A DNA stretch of 64,000 nt, taken from positions 1,004 to 65,003 of the forward strand of contig CAYNLU010000002.1 in assembly GCA_964398205.1 (NCBI GenBank), given 5' to 3'. The notes below the pieces were generated by a model. That model was not told where the DNA came from. It saw only the letters and a program-made list of their open reading frames with translations, and did no database searches. Position numbers and translations under genes: made by a program. This document shows positions 44,174-52,851 of this stretch, piece by piece (the stretch's first letter is position 1; every line of letters starts with the position of its first letter). The stretch comes from an uncultured Candidatus Saccharibacteria bacterium (GTDB taxonomy: Bacteria > Patescibacteriota > Minisyncoccia > Phycocordibacterales > UBA9973).

Positions 44174-46360
44174 TTAAAGCTCTTTTTCCATCCTATTTTT
44201 TAGTACTATGATTTCATCGCGAAGTATTGCAGCAGTTTCGAAGTCTAGTTCTTTTACGGCTTTATTCATTTCTTTCTCTTTCATTTTGATTATCTTTTCG
44301 TAAACGAGTTTATTTCTCTCTTCATCAGAGAGCATAGTATTTTTAATACTATCACTTTCGTTTTTACCTTTATTGCTTTTATCTTTTGCAAAAGCTTTTT
44401 TGAAAAGCTCAATATCGAGTTCTAATTCTGCATTCACCTTTTTGCCGTGCTCGCTTTCCATAGCTTCGGTTATATCTTTAATATTTTTGATAATCGTTTG
44501 CGGAGTAATTCCGTTTTTCTTATTATAAGCTATTTGAATATCGCGACGGCGTTTAGTTTCTTTGAGTGCATTCTCTAAAGAATTAGTTAGTCTGTCTGCA
44601 TAAAGAATAACTCGCCCTTCAGAATTACGCGCAGCCCGTCCGATAGTTTGAATAAGTGAAGTTTCACTACGCAAGAAACCTTCTTTATCCGCATCGAAAA
44701 TACCGATTAACGCTACTTCCGGCAAGTCTAAACCTTCACGAAGTAGATTAACTCCAACTAAAACGTCATACTTACCTTTGCGAAACTCTGTAATAATTTT
44801 AATTCTATCTATAGTCTTAACGTCACTATGCAAATACTCAGCTTTTATATTCCGTTCTTTTAAATAGCCAGATAAATCTTCAGCCATTTTTTTAGTGAGA
44901 GTTGTCGCTAAAACTCTAAAACCTTTCTTGATTGTGATTTCAGTTTCTTTGATAAAATCTTGTACTTGGCCTTCGTATTTATCTTGCGATAATACAGGGC
45001 GCACAATAGTTTCCGGATCAAGGAGCCCTGTGGGACGAATAATTTGCTCTACTATTTGCTCACTTTCTTTCTTTTCGTATTCACTAGGAGTCGCCGAAAC
45101 ATAAATCACGTTAGATATTCTTTCTTCAAATTCATCATACTTTAAAGGGCGATTGTCTTTCGCACTAGGTAAACGAAAACCGTATTCAACTAAAGTCTTT
45201 TTACGAGAAGCATCACCCGCATACATTCCCCCTAATTGAGGCAAAGTTACGTGAGACTCGTCAATAATAGTAAGGAAATCTGGAACAAGTGATGAAAATT
45301 TCTTTTTCGAATGGTCTGGTTCTACTTGCGACCCGAGGACCTGAGAAAAAGAATTTTTCATCGCGGAATGAGGAAAATATGAAAGCAAAGTTTCAGGAGC
45401 TTCTCCTTCTACCTTACCTGATAAATGCCTAGAATAATTCTCGATTCCTGAACAATACCCAATCTCGCGAATCATAGCGAGATCGTAATTAGTGCGTCTT
45501 TTAATTCTTTCAGCTTCGAGCAATTTCCCCTCTTTTTCAAACTTTTTAATTTGAAGTTTTAATTCTTTTTCAATATTTTTAATCGCAACTTTAGTTTTTT
45601 CGTCTTCGGTTATAAAATGCTTAGCTGGGAAAATAAATACAAATTCTTCTTCTTTTAAGATTTTAGAAGAAACCGGATCTATGCGTAAGATTTTAGAAAT
45701 ATTAGAACCTTTCATCTCAATATAATAACTAAAAGTTTCCGAAGTCGGCATAAATTCTACGTTATTCCCCACAGAACGAAATTGTCCCGAAGAGAGATCA
45801 GCATTAGTTCTTTCAAAATGAATATTGACTAACTTTTTCATTAAAGTAGTTCGATCCATCTTCATCCCGACTTCAAGTTTAAGATTTACTTTTTGATATT
45901 CTTCCGGACTACCTAGACCGTAAATACAAGAAACCGAAGCAACTATAATCACATCTTTACGAGTGAGAAGTGCTTGCGTAGTAGCGTGACGAAGTCTATC
46001 TATTTCTTTGTTTATTTGAGCGTCTTTTTCGATATAAGTATCTGAGACTGGCATATAAGCTTCAGGTTGATAGTAATCATAATAAGACACGAAATAATGC
46101 ACCGCTGCATCAGGAAAAAATTCTTTAAACTCACTTGCGAGTTGAGCTGCAAGAGTTTTATTATGAGCTATTACTAGAGTCGGTTTATTGTATTTCTCTA
46201 TCACGTTTGCAATAGTAAAGGTTTTACCGGTACCTGTAGCTCCAAGTAAGGTTTGCTTTTTCATTCCCTTTTTAAGCCCTTCAAACAAAGACGAAATAGC
46301 TTCCGGTTGATCTCCGGAAGGCTTAAAATTACTTTTTAATTTAAAGACTTTCTCGCTCAT
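44174..46360 (-). CDS. uvrB: excinuclease ABC subunit B
   Basis: 728 aa. Walker A GATGTGKTF, helicase motifs, C-terminal UVR domain (LDFETAAILRDEIIVLK). Confidence 0.9.
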   Translation of the reverse strand: MSEKVFKLKSNFKPSGDQPEAISSLFEGLKKGMKKQTLLGATGTGKTFTIANVIEKYNKPTLVIAHNKTLAAQLASEFKEFFPDAAVHYFVSYYDYYQPEAYMPVSDTYIEKDAQINKEIDRLRHATTQALLTRKDVIIVASVSCIYGLGSPEEYQKVNLKLEVGMKMDRTTLMKKLVNIHFERTNADLSSGQFRSVGNNVEFMPTSETFSYYIEMKGSNISKILRIDPVSSKILKEEEFVFIFPAKHFITEDEKTKVAIKNIEKELKLQIKKFEKEGKLLEAERIKRRTNYDLAMIREIGYCSGIENYSRHLSGKVEGEAPETLLSYFPHSAMKNSFSQVLGSQVEPDHSKKKFSSLVPDFLTIIDESHVTLPQLGGMYAGDASRKKTLVEYGFRLPSAKDNRPLKYDEFEERISNVIYVSATPSEYEKKESEQIVEQIIRPTGLLDPETIVRPVLSQDKYEGQVQDFIKETEITIKKGFRVLATTLTKKMAEDLSGYLKERNIKAEYLHSDVKTIDRIKIITEFRKGKYDVLVGVNLLREGLDLPEVALIGIFDADKEGFLRSETSLIQTIGRAARNSEGRVILYADRLTNSLENALKETKRRRDIQIAYNKKNGITPQTIIKNIKDITEAMESEHGKKVNAELELDIELFKKAFAKDKSNKGKNESDSIKNTMLSDEERNKLVYEKIIKMKEKEMNKAVKELDFETAAILRDEIIVLKNRMEKEL

Positions 46361-46412
46361 AGATATAATATAGCATAGACAAGTTAGAAAGTAGAAAGTT
46401 AAAAGTTACAAA

Positions 46413-46485
46413 GTCCCCTGATAAGGGGATTAGGGGTTAAAATAAAAAGACCTGCACAAGATTCCATCAGGAATCCAGGCAGGTC
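46413..46485. repeat. intergenic copy of the CCCCTGATAAGGGGATTAGGGGTT element plus adjacent hairpin
   Basis: gtcccctgataaggggattaggggttaaaataaaaag then gacctgc...gcaggtc hairpin. Shares core and A-rich linker with copy at 51.8 kb. Confidence 0.7.
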
Positions 46486-46512
46486 AAGTGCGGTAAGTTG
46501 GGATTAAAAATA

Positions 46513-47055
46513 TTATTTCTTAAAAATCTTTTTTACATCAAGTTCAGTGATGAAACCAAAACCAAAAAAATTTTCTTTTTGGGAAAGATTTTTACCTAAT
46601 TCTACAAAAAGTACAATCTCACCTTTTTCATCATGAAAAAAATATTCTGTTCCAAGAGATATTCTTTTCTCGTGGTGAAAATGTTCTCCTTCAGCCTCTT
46701 GAATGGAGTCAAATCCATAAGCAAAAAAAAGGTAAGATCCCAAATTATCATTCCATAAGTAACCTTGAGTAGTATTTAATTCATTACTGAAAAAATCATA
46801 AGCTAAAAAATGGTAAGTTTTTGGAGACAGGTATAAAATATCTCCACCTAAAAGGATATTAGGATTTTCAAATTTTTTTGTTTTTACTCCGGAAAACCCG
46901 AAGAACATATTAAAATGAATTCCTAAATCTTCACCGTGCTCAGACGGCTCAATTTTCTCTTCGGTTTTTTCTTCCCCTTCAGCCAAGGCTAAGGTTTGAG
47001 AAAAAAGTGATAAAGAAAAAAAATGACAAAGAACTAATAAATAAAGTTTTTTCAT
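46513..47055 (-). CDS. secreted hypothetical protein
   Basis: 180 aa. Signal peptide MKKLYLLVLCHFFSLSLFSQT. Confidence 0.4.
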   Translation of the reverse strand: MKKLYLLVLCHFFSLSLFSQTLALAEGEEKTEEKIEPSEHGEDLGIHFNMFFGFSGVKTKKFENPNILLGGDILYLSPKTYHFLAYDFFSNELNTTQGYLWNDNLGSYLFFAYGFDSIQEAEGEHFHHEKRISLGTEYFFHDEKGEIVLFVELGKNLSQKENFFGFGFITELDVKKIFKK

Positions 47056-47125
47056 ATCGAAAAAATTTAATGATTATTTAATTTTATTTCGTTAAAATAC
47101 TAACACGTTTTAACTAAAAAGTAAA

Positions 47126-47143
47126 ATCCCGCTTTCGCGGGAT
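47126..47143 (-). terminator. terminator hairpin downstream of tRNA-Lys
   Basis: atcccgc-tttc-gcgggat followed (minus strand) by a T-run. Confidence 0.5.
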
Positions 47144-47148
47144 CCTTG

Positions 47149-47221
47149 TGCGCTCGGAAGGAATCGAACCTTCGACCATCTCCTTAAAAGGGAGCTGCTC
47201 TACCGACTGAGCTACGAGCGC
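47149..47221 (-). tRNA. tRNA-Lys (anticodon UUU)
   Basis: Reverse complement folds: acceptor GCGCTCG/CGAGCGC, D-arm GCTC-AGTCGGTA-GAGC, anticodon loop CTTTTAA, T-arm GAAGG-TTCGATT-CCTTC. 73 nt. Confidence 0.8.
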
Positions 47222-47325
47222 ATTTCTAAATAGCTACAAAACTTAGTTATTAACTTATATAAACAATAAAATAAATATACCTTAAATATATTTAAAAATC
47301 AAGGATTTAATGTTATAATTTTTAT

Positions 47326-47655
47326 ATGAAAGAAACACCAGAAACAAAACATGTTAAAAGACCTCCTGATAAATATCAGGCGGTAAATGAAGTAGGTGCA
47401 TTAAAAAGAGAAATGAAACTTCTAAATTCAATGCCTTCAAAAATTAAAGAAACCTTTATAAATAAAATTCAAATTGAACCTGAAGATTTAGAAAAAATCT
47501 ACGATAAAACACCAGAAGAAAGGCTACAATATTTAGAAGAAAAATTCATAAAAAATAATTCTCCTGAGGAATCTTTAGAAGAAATAGTAAGGAGAATTAA
47601 CGAATCCTTAGAAGAATTTGAAAAGAACAAGAAACTTACACCACCTCAAGAATAA
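47326..47655 (+). CDS. hypothetical acidic protein
   Basis: 109-aa ORF, Glu/Lys-rich. Confidence 0.3.
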   Translation: MKETPETKHVKRPPDKYQAVNEVGALKREMKLLNSMPSKIKETFINKIQIEPEDLEKIYDKTPEERLQYLEEKFIKNNSPEESLEEIVRRINESLEEFEKNKKLTPPQE

Positions 47656-48280
47656 ACTTCTCGAACATTGCTTCGTCATCTTTCCCTTCCTTGCGAGACT
47701 CCGATAATAAATAAGAAAGCTTAAAACTAATATCTTTTAGTTCTTCTTCCTTATATTTTAAAAATCTTTTATTTAAAATCATATCTTTCACTTTCCAAAA
47801 CAAAACTCCGGAAAGCTCTTCTAGAGATACTCCTATATCTACTGCTTGCCTATAATAAAGCCAAAGCTTAATTTTATCTCTGAGTGCGAAAGCGTCTGCG
47901 AGGAGAAAGTTATTAAACTTTTCTTTTTGCTCTTTTTTAAGCTCAAAAATACTGATTTCTGCTTTTACTTTTTTAAAAGCTTCGAGTGGAGCTTTGAGTA
48001 ATTTACTTTCATTAAAAATGAAAATATTATTAGAAGAACTCATATAATCTAAATTCTTAAAAAGAAAATCCGCGTTATCTGTATCTTCTAAGATATTAGA
48101 GAAAAAAACTATACTTTTAGCATCAAATAAATTTCCCCCGCTATATAAACCCTCAATCATATTAGGGTCAAAGTTATTACGATTAATAGTATATAAAGGA
48201 AAATTACTTAATTTACCAAGTAGATTTTCGTAAGCTTTTATTTTATTTTTAATATCGTCGCCAACGAAAAGATATATCAT
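47636..48280 (-). CDS. DNA polymerase III delta subunit-like (HolA-like, short)
   Basis: 214 aa. N-terminus MIYLFVGDD resembles HolA MIYLxxGED. Rest weakly similar. Confidence 0.35.
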   Translation of the reverse strand: MIYLFVGDDIKNKIKAYENLLGKLSNFPLYTINRNNFDPNMIEGLYSGGNLFDAKSIVFFSNILEDTDNADFLFKNLDYMSSSNNIFIFNESKLLKAPLEAFKKVKAEISIFELKKEQKEKFNNFLLADAFALRDKIKLWLYYRQAVDIGVSLEELSGVLFWKVKDMILNKRFLKYKEEELKDISFKLSYLLSESRKEGKDDEAMFEKFILEVV

Positions 48281-48281
48281 A

Positions 48282-48791
48282 TTAGAATTTTACTTTCTTT
48301 TTATACTCGATATAAGGTGTCCCATATTTTTCTACAAGAATAGCTTCTTGTTGTTTCAAGAAAATTAACTTAGCAAATACAAAAGAAATAATAGTCGCAA
48401 TAACTAAGAAGAAAGCGTTTATAACTAAAGCAAAACCTAAAACTAAAAAGAAAAGTCCGAAATTCGTAGGAGTACGAGTATAGCAATACGGACCTTTACA
48501 GAAAGTTTCTACAGTTATTTCTTTTTTAATGTCTAATCTATGAGAAGTTCTTTGCGCCCAAAATATTAAAAAAGTAGATAAAATAATTATTATCATACCG
48601 ATACCGAGAGTGATGGCTGGGTGGATTGAAATCTTGATTGGGAAAAATAAATCAAAACTAAGCCCTATCAAAAATAAAATAAAATAAGAATAATAAGAAT
48701 GCGCTAAAGTATGATGCACTTTAGTTTTGTGATGTTTGACAGCCTTATCTTCTTGTAATCCGAAATTATCCATACCTAAATCATAGCACAA
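48282..48791 (-). CDS. isoprenylcysteine carboxyl methyltransferase (ICMT)-family membrane protein
   Basis: 169 aa multi-TM. KGPYCYTRTPTNFGLFF resembles the ICMT/PEMT GPY..RHP.Y.G motif. Confidence 0.4.
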   Translation of the reverse strand: MCYDLGMDNFGLQEDKAVKHHKTKVHHTLAHSYYSYFILFLIGLSFDLFFPIKISIHPAITLGIGMIIIILSTFLIFWAQRTSHRLDIKKEITVETFCKGPYCYTRTPTNFGLFFLVLGFALVINAFFLVIATIISFVFAKLIFLKQQEAILVEKYGTPYIEYKKKVKF

Positions 48792-48796
48792 AATGA

Positions 48797-51187
48797 TTAT
48801 TTTACATCTCCCAAAGAATCCCCTACTTTATAATTCACAAGTATTGGTATGGGAGTTTTATATTTCAAATAAGACCTAGATAATACTGATTCCATAGCCT
48901 CTTTGATTATAGGTATAGCTTTATCTAGAGCTTCCTCTTTAATTTCAAAAACTAATTCGTCGTGAATCTGAAGCAACAAATTTACATCCTTTAATAAATC
49001 ATTATTCTTCAAATCTTGCCAAACGAAAAGTATAGCAAGTTTGATAATATCCGCAGCGGTTCCCTGCACCGGTGCGTTGATAGCAGTCCTCTCGGCCATA
49101 GAAGCCAAAAAAGGGATACGAGAATTAATATCTTTAAAATATCTTTTTCGCCCGAATAAAGTTTCAGTATAAGAATTCTTCTTAGCAAAAGCTTTAACAC
49201 TCTCTAAATAATTTGAGACCCCGGAGAATTGATTAAAATAATTATCATAAAACTTTTGAGCTTCTACTCGAGTAACCTCTTTACCTAAATTCTTACGCAA
49301 AGCTGAAACCCCCATACCGTAAATAATACCGAAGTTGATAACCTTTGCTCTTCGACGCATCTCGCTATCAACTTTCTCGGGATCTACTCCAAATACAAAA
49401 CTCGCAACTCCAGTATGAATATCTTTTCCTTCTCTAAAGATTTCAGTCATTTTTGGATCCCCGGATAAAATCGCTATAGTCCGTAATTCAATCTGAGAAT
49501 AATCAAAAGCACAAAGCTTATAACCTTTATCTGTAATAAAACCGTCTCGTATCTTTTTACCTAATTCAGTTTTGACTGGTAGATTTTGCAAATTTGGATC
49601 AAGAGAAGAAAATCTACCGGTTGTAGTAGCGTTTTGAATAAATTTAGAATGAAGCCTACCATCTTCCCCTATCATTTTAGGAATAACATCAATATAAGTC
49701 GAAAGTAGTTTTTGTAATTCGCGATATTCCATAATCAAACTAATTATAGGATTATCTTCTTCTAATTCTTCTAAGATTTCTATCTTAGTCGAGAAATTTC
49801 CACTAGCATTTTTCTTCTTAGAATTTTTAATACCCATCTTAACAAACAAAACTTCACCTAATTGTTTCGGAGAATTTATATTAAATTCTGTACCGGCTAT
49901 ATCGTATATCTTTTGAGTTAAAATATCTAAAGACTTATGATAATCTTTAGATAATTTTTCAAAATACTTTTGATCAATCAAAATTCCCCTCTCACCCATA
50001 GATTTTACAATAGGCAAAATCGGTAATTCTATCTCTTTGTAAATATTTATTAAATTTTTTTTCTCTACTTCTTTATAAATAATATCGCGAGCCTCATTAA
50101 AAGTAAGCTTATAATTTTTAGTTAAGTTTTTAGCATAATTTAATATATCTTCTTGGTTCGGATTACTGATTTCAGTATTTAAAATCCAAAGTAATAAAGA
50201 GGCTTCTTCTACCTTTTCAAGAGGTACAACTTCTGCGTCTTTAATAAAGTTTTCTAATTCTTCTTCACTCTTATAATTTCCAAAAAAGCTCTTGAGTCTA
50301 GTCATCAAACTACGAAAACCAAATTCCAAAAAAGTTTTCTCAATTTTCTCAAAACTTATATTTTCCCAAAAGGTTTTCTCGGGCAATTTGAAATCTATCG
50401 GGGCATCGCGACGAATAGTCGCTAAAACCTTTGAGAATAAAGCTTCTTCTTCATTATTCTTTATCAAATCTAAAATCCGTGGAGTAAGGCCTAAATCTTT
50501 GAAAACTTTTTCATCTTTTTTAACTTGCTTATAGATTTCTTCTATAGTTCCAAAATGACTTATGAGAGTAGTCGCAGTTTTCTCACCTATACCTTTAATA
50601 CCGATAATATTATCCGAAGGGTCTCCGCGTAATCCTTTATAATCCGGCAAGAATTTCGGTTTAAAATTAAATCGCTCTACAACCTTATCTTCATCATAAA
50701 GTATAGTGTCCGTAATCCCCTTTTTCAAAGTATAAACTTGCACTCGTTTACCGTCGACGAGTTGCATCGTATCCATATCTCCGGAAGCAATAATAATATT
50801 TATATTTTGATCTTTCAAAATCTCGCAAATAGTTCCTAATTCATCATCGGCTTCGAAACCTGGAGCATCATAAATCGGAATATTAAAAGCTTCGAAAATT
50901 TTTCTCGAACTTATTAGTTGTGCGATTAAAGCTTCGTCCGCTTTCGCTCTACCGGCTTTATATGCATCGTAAGCTTCATGACGAAAAGTTTTCTGAGGTA
51001 AATCATAACAAGCTACGATATAGTCCGGTTTCAAATCCGAAACTATTTTCATAAGCATATTAGATAATCCATAAAGCGCCCCAGTAGGAACTCCATCGTT
51101 AGACATAAAGTCTGGGAGTGCGTGATAAGCACGGTGAATTATAGCGTGAGAATCGAGCAGTACTAAAAGCTTAGGTTTTTCTTTCAT
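48797..51187 (-). CDS. polA: DNA polymerase I (5' nuclease + polymerase; 3'-5' exonuclease domain vestigial)
   Basis: 796 aa. 5'-3' exonuclease N-terminus. Pol A motifs RRRAKVINFGIIYG, QIHDELVFE, DYSQIELR. Only ~100 aa between the nuclease and polymerase domains. Confidence 0.9.
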   Translation of the reverse strand: MKEKPKLLVLLDSHAIIHRAYHALPDFMSNDGVPTGALYGLSNMLMKIVSDLKPDYIVACYDLPQKTFRHEAYDAYKAGRAKADEALIAQLISSRKIFEAFNIPIYDAPGFEADDELGTICEILKDQNINIIIASGDMDTMQLVDGKRVQVYTLKKGITDTILYDEDKVVERFNFKPKFLPDYKGLRGDPSDNIIGIKGIGEKTATTLISHFGTIEEIYKQVKKDEKVFKDLGLTPRILDLIKNNEEEALFSKVLATIRRDAPIDFKLPEKTFWENISFEKIEKTFLEFGFRSLMTRLKSFFGNYKSEEELENFIKDAEVVPLEKVEEASLLLWILNTEISNPNQEDILNYAKNLTKNYKLTFNEARDIIYKEVEKKNLINIYKEIELPILPIVKSMGERGILIDQKYFEKLSKDYHKSLDILTQKIYDIAGTEFNINSPKQLGEVLFVKMGIKNSKKKNASGNFSTKIEILEELEEDNPIISLIMEYRELQKLLSTYIDVIPKMIGEDGRLHSKFIQNATTTGRFSSLDPNLQNLPVKTELGKKIRDGFITDKGYKLCAFDYSQIELRTIAILSGDPKMTEIFREGKDIHTGVASFVFGVDPEKVDSEMRRRAKVINFGIIYGMGVSALRKNLGKEVTRVEAQKFYDNYFNQFSGVSNYLESVKAFAKKNSYTETLFGRKRYFKDINSRIPFLASMAERTAINAPVQGTAADIIKLAILFVWQDLKNNDLLKDVNLLLQIHDELVFEIKEEALDKAIPIIKEAMESVLSRSYLKYKTPIPILVNYKVGDSLGDVK

Positions 51188-51199
51188 GTATACTATTAT

Positions 51200-51284
51200 A
51201 GCATCTAAAGTACTTTTTTAGATGGTCTGGCCGAGCGTAATCGCGAGGAGAACCGAGGACCTCTTAAAAAGTATTTTAGATGCT
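51200..51284. repeat. ~85-nt element: 21-nt terminal inverted repeats flanking a GC-rich core, between tsaE and polA
   Basis: agcatctaaagtactttttta ... ttaaaaagtattttagatgct around ggtctggccgagcgtaatcgcgaggagaaccgaggacctc. Core has a tRNA D-arm-like TGGCCGAGCG. Confidence 0.55.
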
Positions 51285-51762
51285 AGAAATCAAAAATTCT
51301 TGAATTATCTCCGTTGTGTTTTATTTTAATTTTAAGTACTTTTTTAGGTAAATTTTTACCTAAGATTTCCGGCCATTCTATAAAAATTATATTTTTAGGA
51401 TTATTTAAAATATCTTGAAATTTTAAAAGTTGTAATTCTTTTTTAATATCTTTACCTTCTAAACGATAAGCGTCTATATGATATAAATTCTCCCATACAT
51501 AGGTCTTGCCTATGGGGTAGCGTTTCATTAATACAAAAGTCGGACTAACTACTTTCTTTTGAATTTTTAAAATTTTAGCCACACTTTGCACGAAAGTAGT
51601 TTTCCCTGCCCCTAGATCTCCAGAAAGAGTTACAATAGTAGCTTGCTTTACTTGCGTTAGGTCCCCGCCTAGCGGACGGGCAGGTTGCTTAACGTAAAGT
51701 TTATCTATAAAAATCTTTGCAATTTTTTCTATATCTTTAATATTTTCAGTAATGTATTTCAC
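51283..51762 (-). CDS. tsaE: tRNA threonylcarbamoyladenosine biosynthesis protein TsaE
   Basis: 159 aa. P-loop GDLGAGKTTFVQ and YHIDAYRL typical of YjeE/TsaE. Confidence 0.75.
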   Translation of the reverse strand: MKYITENIKDIEKIAKIFIDKLYVKQPARPLGGDLTQVKQATIVTLSGDLGAGKTTFVQSVAKILKIQKKVVSPTFVLMKRYPIGKTYVWENLYHIDAYRLEGKDIKKELQLLKFQDILNNPKNIIFIEWPEILGKNLPKKVLKIKIKHNGDNSRIFDF

Positions 51763-51783
51763 TTTTAAATAATAGCATAAGTC

Positions 51784-51866
51784 ACCTGATAAGGGGATTT
51801 AGGGGTTGTAAAAATAAAAAAGCACTCCAGGACGAACCTTGAAGTGCTTATCTTTTACCCCTAATA
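51784..51866. repeat. intergenic copy of the CCTGATAAGGGGATTTAGGGGTT element with internal hairpin and terminal inverted repeat
   Basis: cctgataaggggatttaggggtt-gtaaaaataaaaa-aagcact...agtgctt-...acccctaata. Termini ttaggggt/acccctaa are inverted. Confidence 0.7.
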
Positions 51867-51896
51867 CTTTTTCAAATAAAAGCTAAGGGTTTGCTT

Positions 51897-52664
51897 TTAT
51901 CTGTATCCCATTCTCACAAATTGGTTTTGGTAAGCCTCTTTGTGAATACCGAAGTCGGCGTAGTCAGCATCGCTGAACTCACGCCAATAATAAATTTTTC
52001 CTTCCCAGTTGGGCTGAGATGGCCCTTGGTCGACTAAGGCTGCAGCTTCGGATTGCGGAAGTCTCTTCCATTTTCCAGTAGCTCCTCCCCAACCCGACCA
52101 TTTTGAACATCTTGCGTACGTATAGACTTCTCTAACATACACAAAGTTCTCCCCAGGAGGCATTCTTTCATAAATCACATACTCCTGGGGAGGATTTTGT
52201 AATTTATTTTCGGGAGATACCCACTCCCTTTTTGGAGCAGGTTGCTCCATTTTTTTTAAAACCTTCTCCGGGGTCTTTTCCCCTTCGTAAGCTTCTAAAA
52301 AAACCAATAAATTACCACAGACTGTGGCGTAAATTTTTCCATCCGAACTTCGGACTACTTTCGTAGTCCCCTCAAGCTCACAAATGTGAGCCATCCCGTT
52401 AGGAGAAAAATTTAAAAACAATCCTCGGCCATTAAGACCGATTTGGGGGAAAATTTCCCCCAAATTCTGAGTTTCCTCAGAAGAATTTATCTTTTTAAAA
52501 AATGGCCCGGTTTCACCCGGAACCTTTTGAGAGCCGTAGTAGGCTCTTTCTTTCCCTACAAGGAAACGGGTTCCTTGTGGTTCATAACTATACCCAGATT
52601 GGGCAGTAGTTATTGTTAAAGAAAAAAATAAACCGAACGCTATTATAAAAAAAACTTTTCTCAT
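51897..52664 (-). CDS. secreted hypothetical protein
   Basis: 255 aa. Signal peptide MRKVFFIIAFGLFFSLTITTA. Confidence 0.4.
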   Translation of the reverse strand: MRKVFFIIAFGLFFSLTITTAQSGYSYEPQGTRFLVGKERAYYGSQKVPGETGPFFKKINSSEETQNLGEIFPQIGLNGRGLFLNFSPNGMAHICELEGTTKVVRSSDGKIYATVCGNLLVFLEAYEGEKTPEKVLKKMEQPAPKREWVSPENKLQNPPQEYVIYERMPPGENFVYVREVYTYARCSKWSGWGGATGKWKRLPQSEAAALVDQGPSQPNWEGKIYYWREFSDADYADFGIHKEAYQNQFVRMGYR

Positions 52665-52851
52665 TTTAATGAATTTTAATTTTGTTTGAAAAAGTTTTGC
52701 TAAGAAATACTTCCAAACAAGACTTTTCCAAACAATTTTTAATCTAAAAAATGAGATTTTACAAAGAACAATTTACCTATATAGTATAGCATATTTTAGG
52801 TAAAAAGTCAAGGGGGCAGGAAGATAAAAAATCCTGTATAATTAAGGCTAT

